Shown here: piece after piece, positions 61,151 to 64,000 of the stretch | Numbering within the stretch: position 1 is the stretch's first letter | How the letters are laid out: each line of letters opens with the position of its first letter | Origin: the human T2T-CHM13v2.0 reference genome, Homo sapiens | Strand: one strand, 5' to 3' | Length of the DNA: 64,000 nucleotides | Assembly (NCBI RefSeq): GCF_009914755.1 | Contig: NC_060935.1 | Translations under genes and position numbers: made by a program | The notes under the pieces: model-generated | Told to the model about the DNA's origin: nothing | The model's input: only the letters and a program-made list of their open reading frames with translations | The model's database searches: none

Positions 61151-61979
61151 AAAGAAGGCACTTTTACATAAAAATACACAGATGTATAAAGATAGTCTAA
61201 ATCCTTGTCATAAGAAATTTAGGAACTGACATGTATATAATCCAAGGGAGAAAACTGAGGGTTGTTACCGTATCTATTTGAATAACCAAATTTTCAACTA
61301 CTTAGTTAACTTCCTGGATGCTTATAAATGGAAGACATTTATAACATTCACCCTATTATCTTCCCTTGATCCCAATCATGTATTCAGAGATATCCAGTCT
61401 TCGTGTTGGAAGTAACTGATACTGCTATTATAACACAGCTTTTAAAATAGTCTCCGGACTGAAGATTTGCCTTTATATGTGGGAAACTAAAGTGGTACAG
61501 AATGCAGTATACAGAATATATGATTGCCGTTTTCACTCTTCCTCCCAAATTTCATAAGCGTTAGTTTATTAATCATGAATGTGTATTACTTAATTTAATA
61601 GCATTCCTTGAAAACTATCATTTTTTCAATGAAATTAAAATATAATTTACTCTTTAATAACAATACCATACACATTAAATAAAGCTTCATGATAATCTGA
61701 TAATAAACTATACATCTCATATCTCCCAATTAAATATTTCCCTTGTTTCCATACTAGAATCAATATGATTTATAATACTTTTTTTCTTATATTGAAAAGA
61801 TGCTTTAAGAGATAAGCTAGGAAAGATCATCCAAAGATTATTATAGTTTGTTTAATTTGTATAACAAATATTTATTTATTCACTGCTTACTATCTGTCAG
61901 GCTCTAGGGAAAATAGAATAAAAATAGCTAATTTTACAGTAAATATAGCAGGCTTACCCCTTTCACTCTCATTTGATTT

Positions 61980-62570
61980 ACAAATAAAACTATTTTCAAC
62001 TACTAACATATTAACATATTCAAAAGTTAAAACTAATCTAAAAGATATATACAGTAAAAGTCCCATCTTCCCTGTTTTCTTCTTCATCCCCACAAAGACT
62101 TAGATGTTGTATAAACTTCCAGATTTTGTTATGTAAATATAAGCAAATATGAATATATGGTTTTATTCCCCTCCCAATTTACACAAAAAGTACCTTACTG
62201 TACATTGTTTTGAATTCTGCTTTTTCCAAATAACAATGGTATGTGAAAAACTTTCCAAATGTTCATATAGAAAAAAAAATCCACTTTTTTTAACAGCTGT
62301 AGAGTATTTCATTGTGTAGTTGTCATAGTTCATTTAACGAACACGTTGCCTATAGACACTAAGGAATTTCCAATCTTTTGCTACCACACACAAAGCTACA
62401 ATGAAAACTCCTATACATATGTTATTTTGTAAGTACACACAAGAATTTCTGTAATAAATTCCCAAAATTGGTACTGAGATGAGGTAAATGCATTGGTCTT
62501 TTTCTAGAAATTGCCAATTTGCATTCCACAGGAGTTGCATCATTTTGCACTTCCACAACCTATGCATCTC
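61980..62570 (-). mobile_element. Old L1M 3' fragment
   Basis: ttttttaacagctgtagagtatttcattgtgt, ttccaatcttttgctac, agaaattgccaa. Confidence 0.7.
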
Positions 62571-64000
62571 TGATTTATCCTGAAAAAAAGCTATTCCTCT
62601 CTCCGGGCCTCTAAAATACTTTGTTTATAAGGCAATTTCCAACGATGTGCTCACTGCAATAAACTACATAAAGCTCTTGGCTTATTTTTTTCCCAGATGC
62701 AAATGTAAAATTTGTTGACTTAGAAAGGTTAAAAGCAAATAAATTTTCAAATTAAAAAACAAACCTCATATAAACTCAGTAAATCAGCATATTAATGCCT
62801 AAATGTGCTGGGATAGCAACTGTTTGTCTTTCTAATATCTCCTGTGCTCCAAAAACAAATATACTCCCTATTCCAGTTTTTTAAAAAATTCACATTCAAT
62901 AGTTTATAAATGGATACGAAGTCAAATGCATTTCACTTCTAAATGAATGTTTTCCTAAACCACTTAAATGTTTTCATGAAGTCAAATCTGTGTTACTTCT
63001 ATATTTTTTAAAGCCGTAATTTCAAAGGTGATTTAACCTTTGTAACTGCCATTTTTAACAGGTAGTATCATCTAATGTATTATTTTTATTTCAATGTCTA
63101 TCCTATCAAATATTTAATAATTAGAAAACAAACACCAAGTCCACTGGACTTCCTATTTGAAGTCATACTTAAGTAAATCACTTTCAATAAGCCTACAACT
63201 GTTTAGCTGGAAAACATGTAAATGATCATATTTATTCCCCAAATAAGGATACGCAACCTATGTTGCATATATATTAGACAGAAATCAGTCGGTCAGACAG
63301 AAATCGGTCTGAGGTTATCTCAATATCCTGTAAAAACAAAGTGGCTAGACTAGTTGCTGATACCAAAATGAATTTTAAAATGCTAGCACACATTCTCTAC
63401 TCTTATAGTCAGCAGATGTGACAGAACCATACTTAAGCTCTCACCTAAGTAATACATAATGTTAGGCAAATGCGTTGATTTTAAATATGAGTCAAACGGA
63501 AGGCACTGACAACAAAAAGCAAGAATTACCTAACAAATGTAAAAGAAAACAAAACAAATGAGAAAACACATCACAGTAGCTCTGAGGACAAAAAAGCTTA
63601 TCAGGCTAGGATAATTTAGAAGAAAACAGTCCAACACAGCATAGAATTCCGAGGAAATCACTTTAATTCTGTAAAATGACTGATGTTCACAGTAACAACT
63701 CAGAGCCATTATAAAAAAACTTAAAATGTATTCTGTTTAAGAGAACAAAGACACACGTTTTTCTGATGAAGTACTCAAAGTAAAACTTCTCGGTTAAAAT
63801 CAGAATATACAGTGGTTGCCCTTTAGAAGATGAACTGTGATAAAGTGCAATAACTATGGGGGCTTTAGATGTGAAACTTTTTTTTCCCTTTTTTTTTTTG
63901 TAATGACCTCTCCTTACGATAGACATGCAACTTTCTATGCTAAGCCAGTTGTTAGTTAATAGCCGAAGGAATATCTGATTTTTTCTGCAAGCTATTTAGG

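Noticed and set aside
63137-63310. Small palindrome aagtcca-c-tggactt and duplicated agacagaaatc.gtc
   Set aside because: Too short; expected by chance or simple slippage.

Overview
Primate genomic DNA (human or a very close great ape), AT-rich and repeat-rich. I recognise it as the 11p13 DNAJC24/IMMP1L locus, which lies telomeric of ELP4 and PAX6. The + strand carries the last two coding exons and 3'UTR of DNAJC24 (DPH4; J-domain plus CSL zinc/iron finger). The - strand carries all five coding exons of IMMP1L (mitochondrial inner-membrane peptidase subunit 1, 166 aa, Ser40/Lys83 dyad); its first non-coding exon and promoter lie beyond the right end of the window. The two genes converge and their 3' ends probably overlap. 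The rest is intron filled with Alu, L1, L2, MIR, MaLR LTR and DNA-transposon relics. Almost all ORFs in the supplied track are spurious or repeat-derived, and the real exons are too short to appear in it. I see no wholly new gene system. The best leads are RNA-level and regulatory: (i) an inverted-Alu hairpin gated by alternative polyadenylation in a DNAJC24 3'UTR that runs antisense through the last IMMP1L exon; (ii) candidate alternative terminal or poison exons that would truncate both proteins; (iii) a uORF just before the IMMP1L start; (iv) a MADE1 hairpin resembling miR-548 precursors; (v) several repeat-free, motif-dense blocks that may be long-range enhancers, possibly for PAX6. Repeat boundaries are approximate and subfamily calls are by eye.
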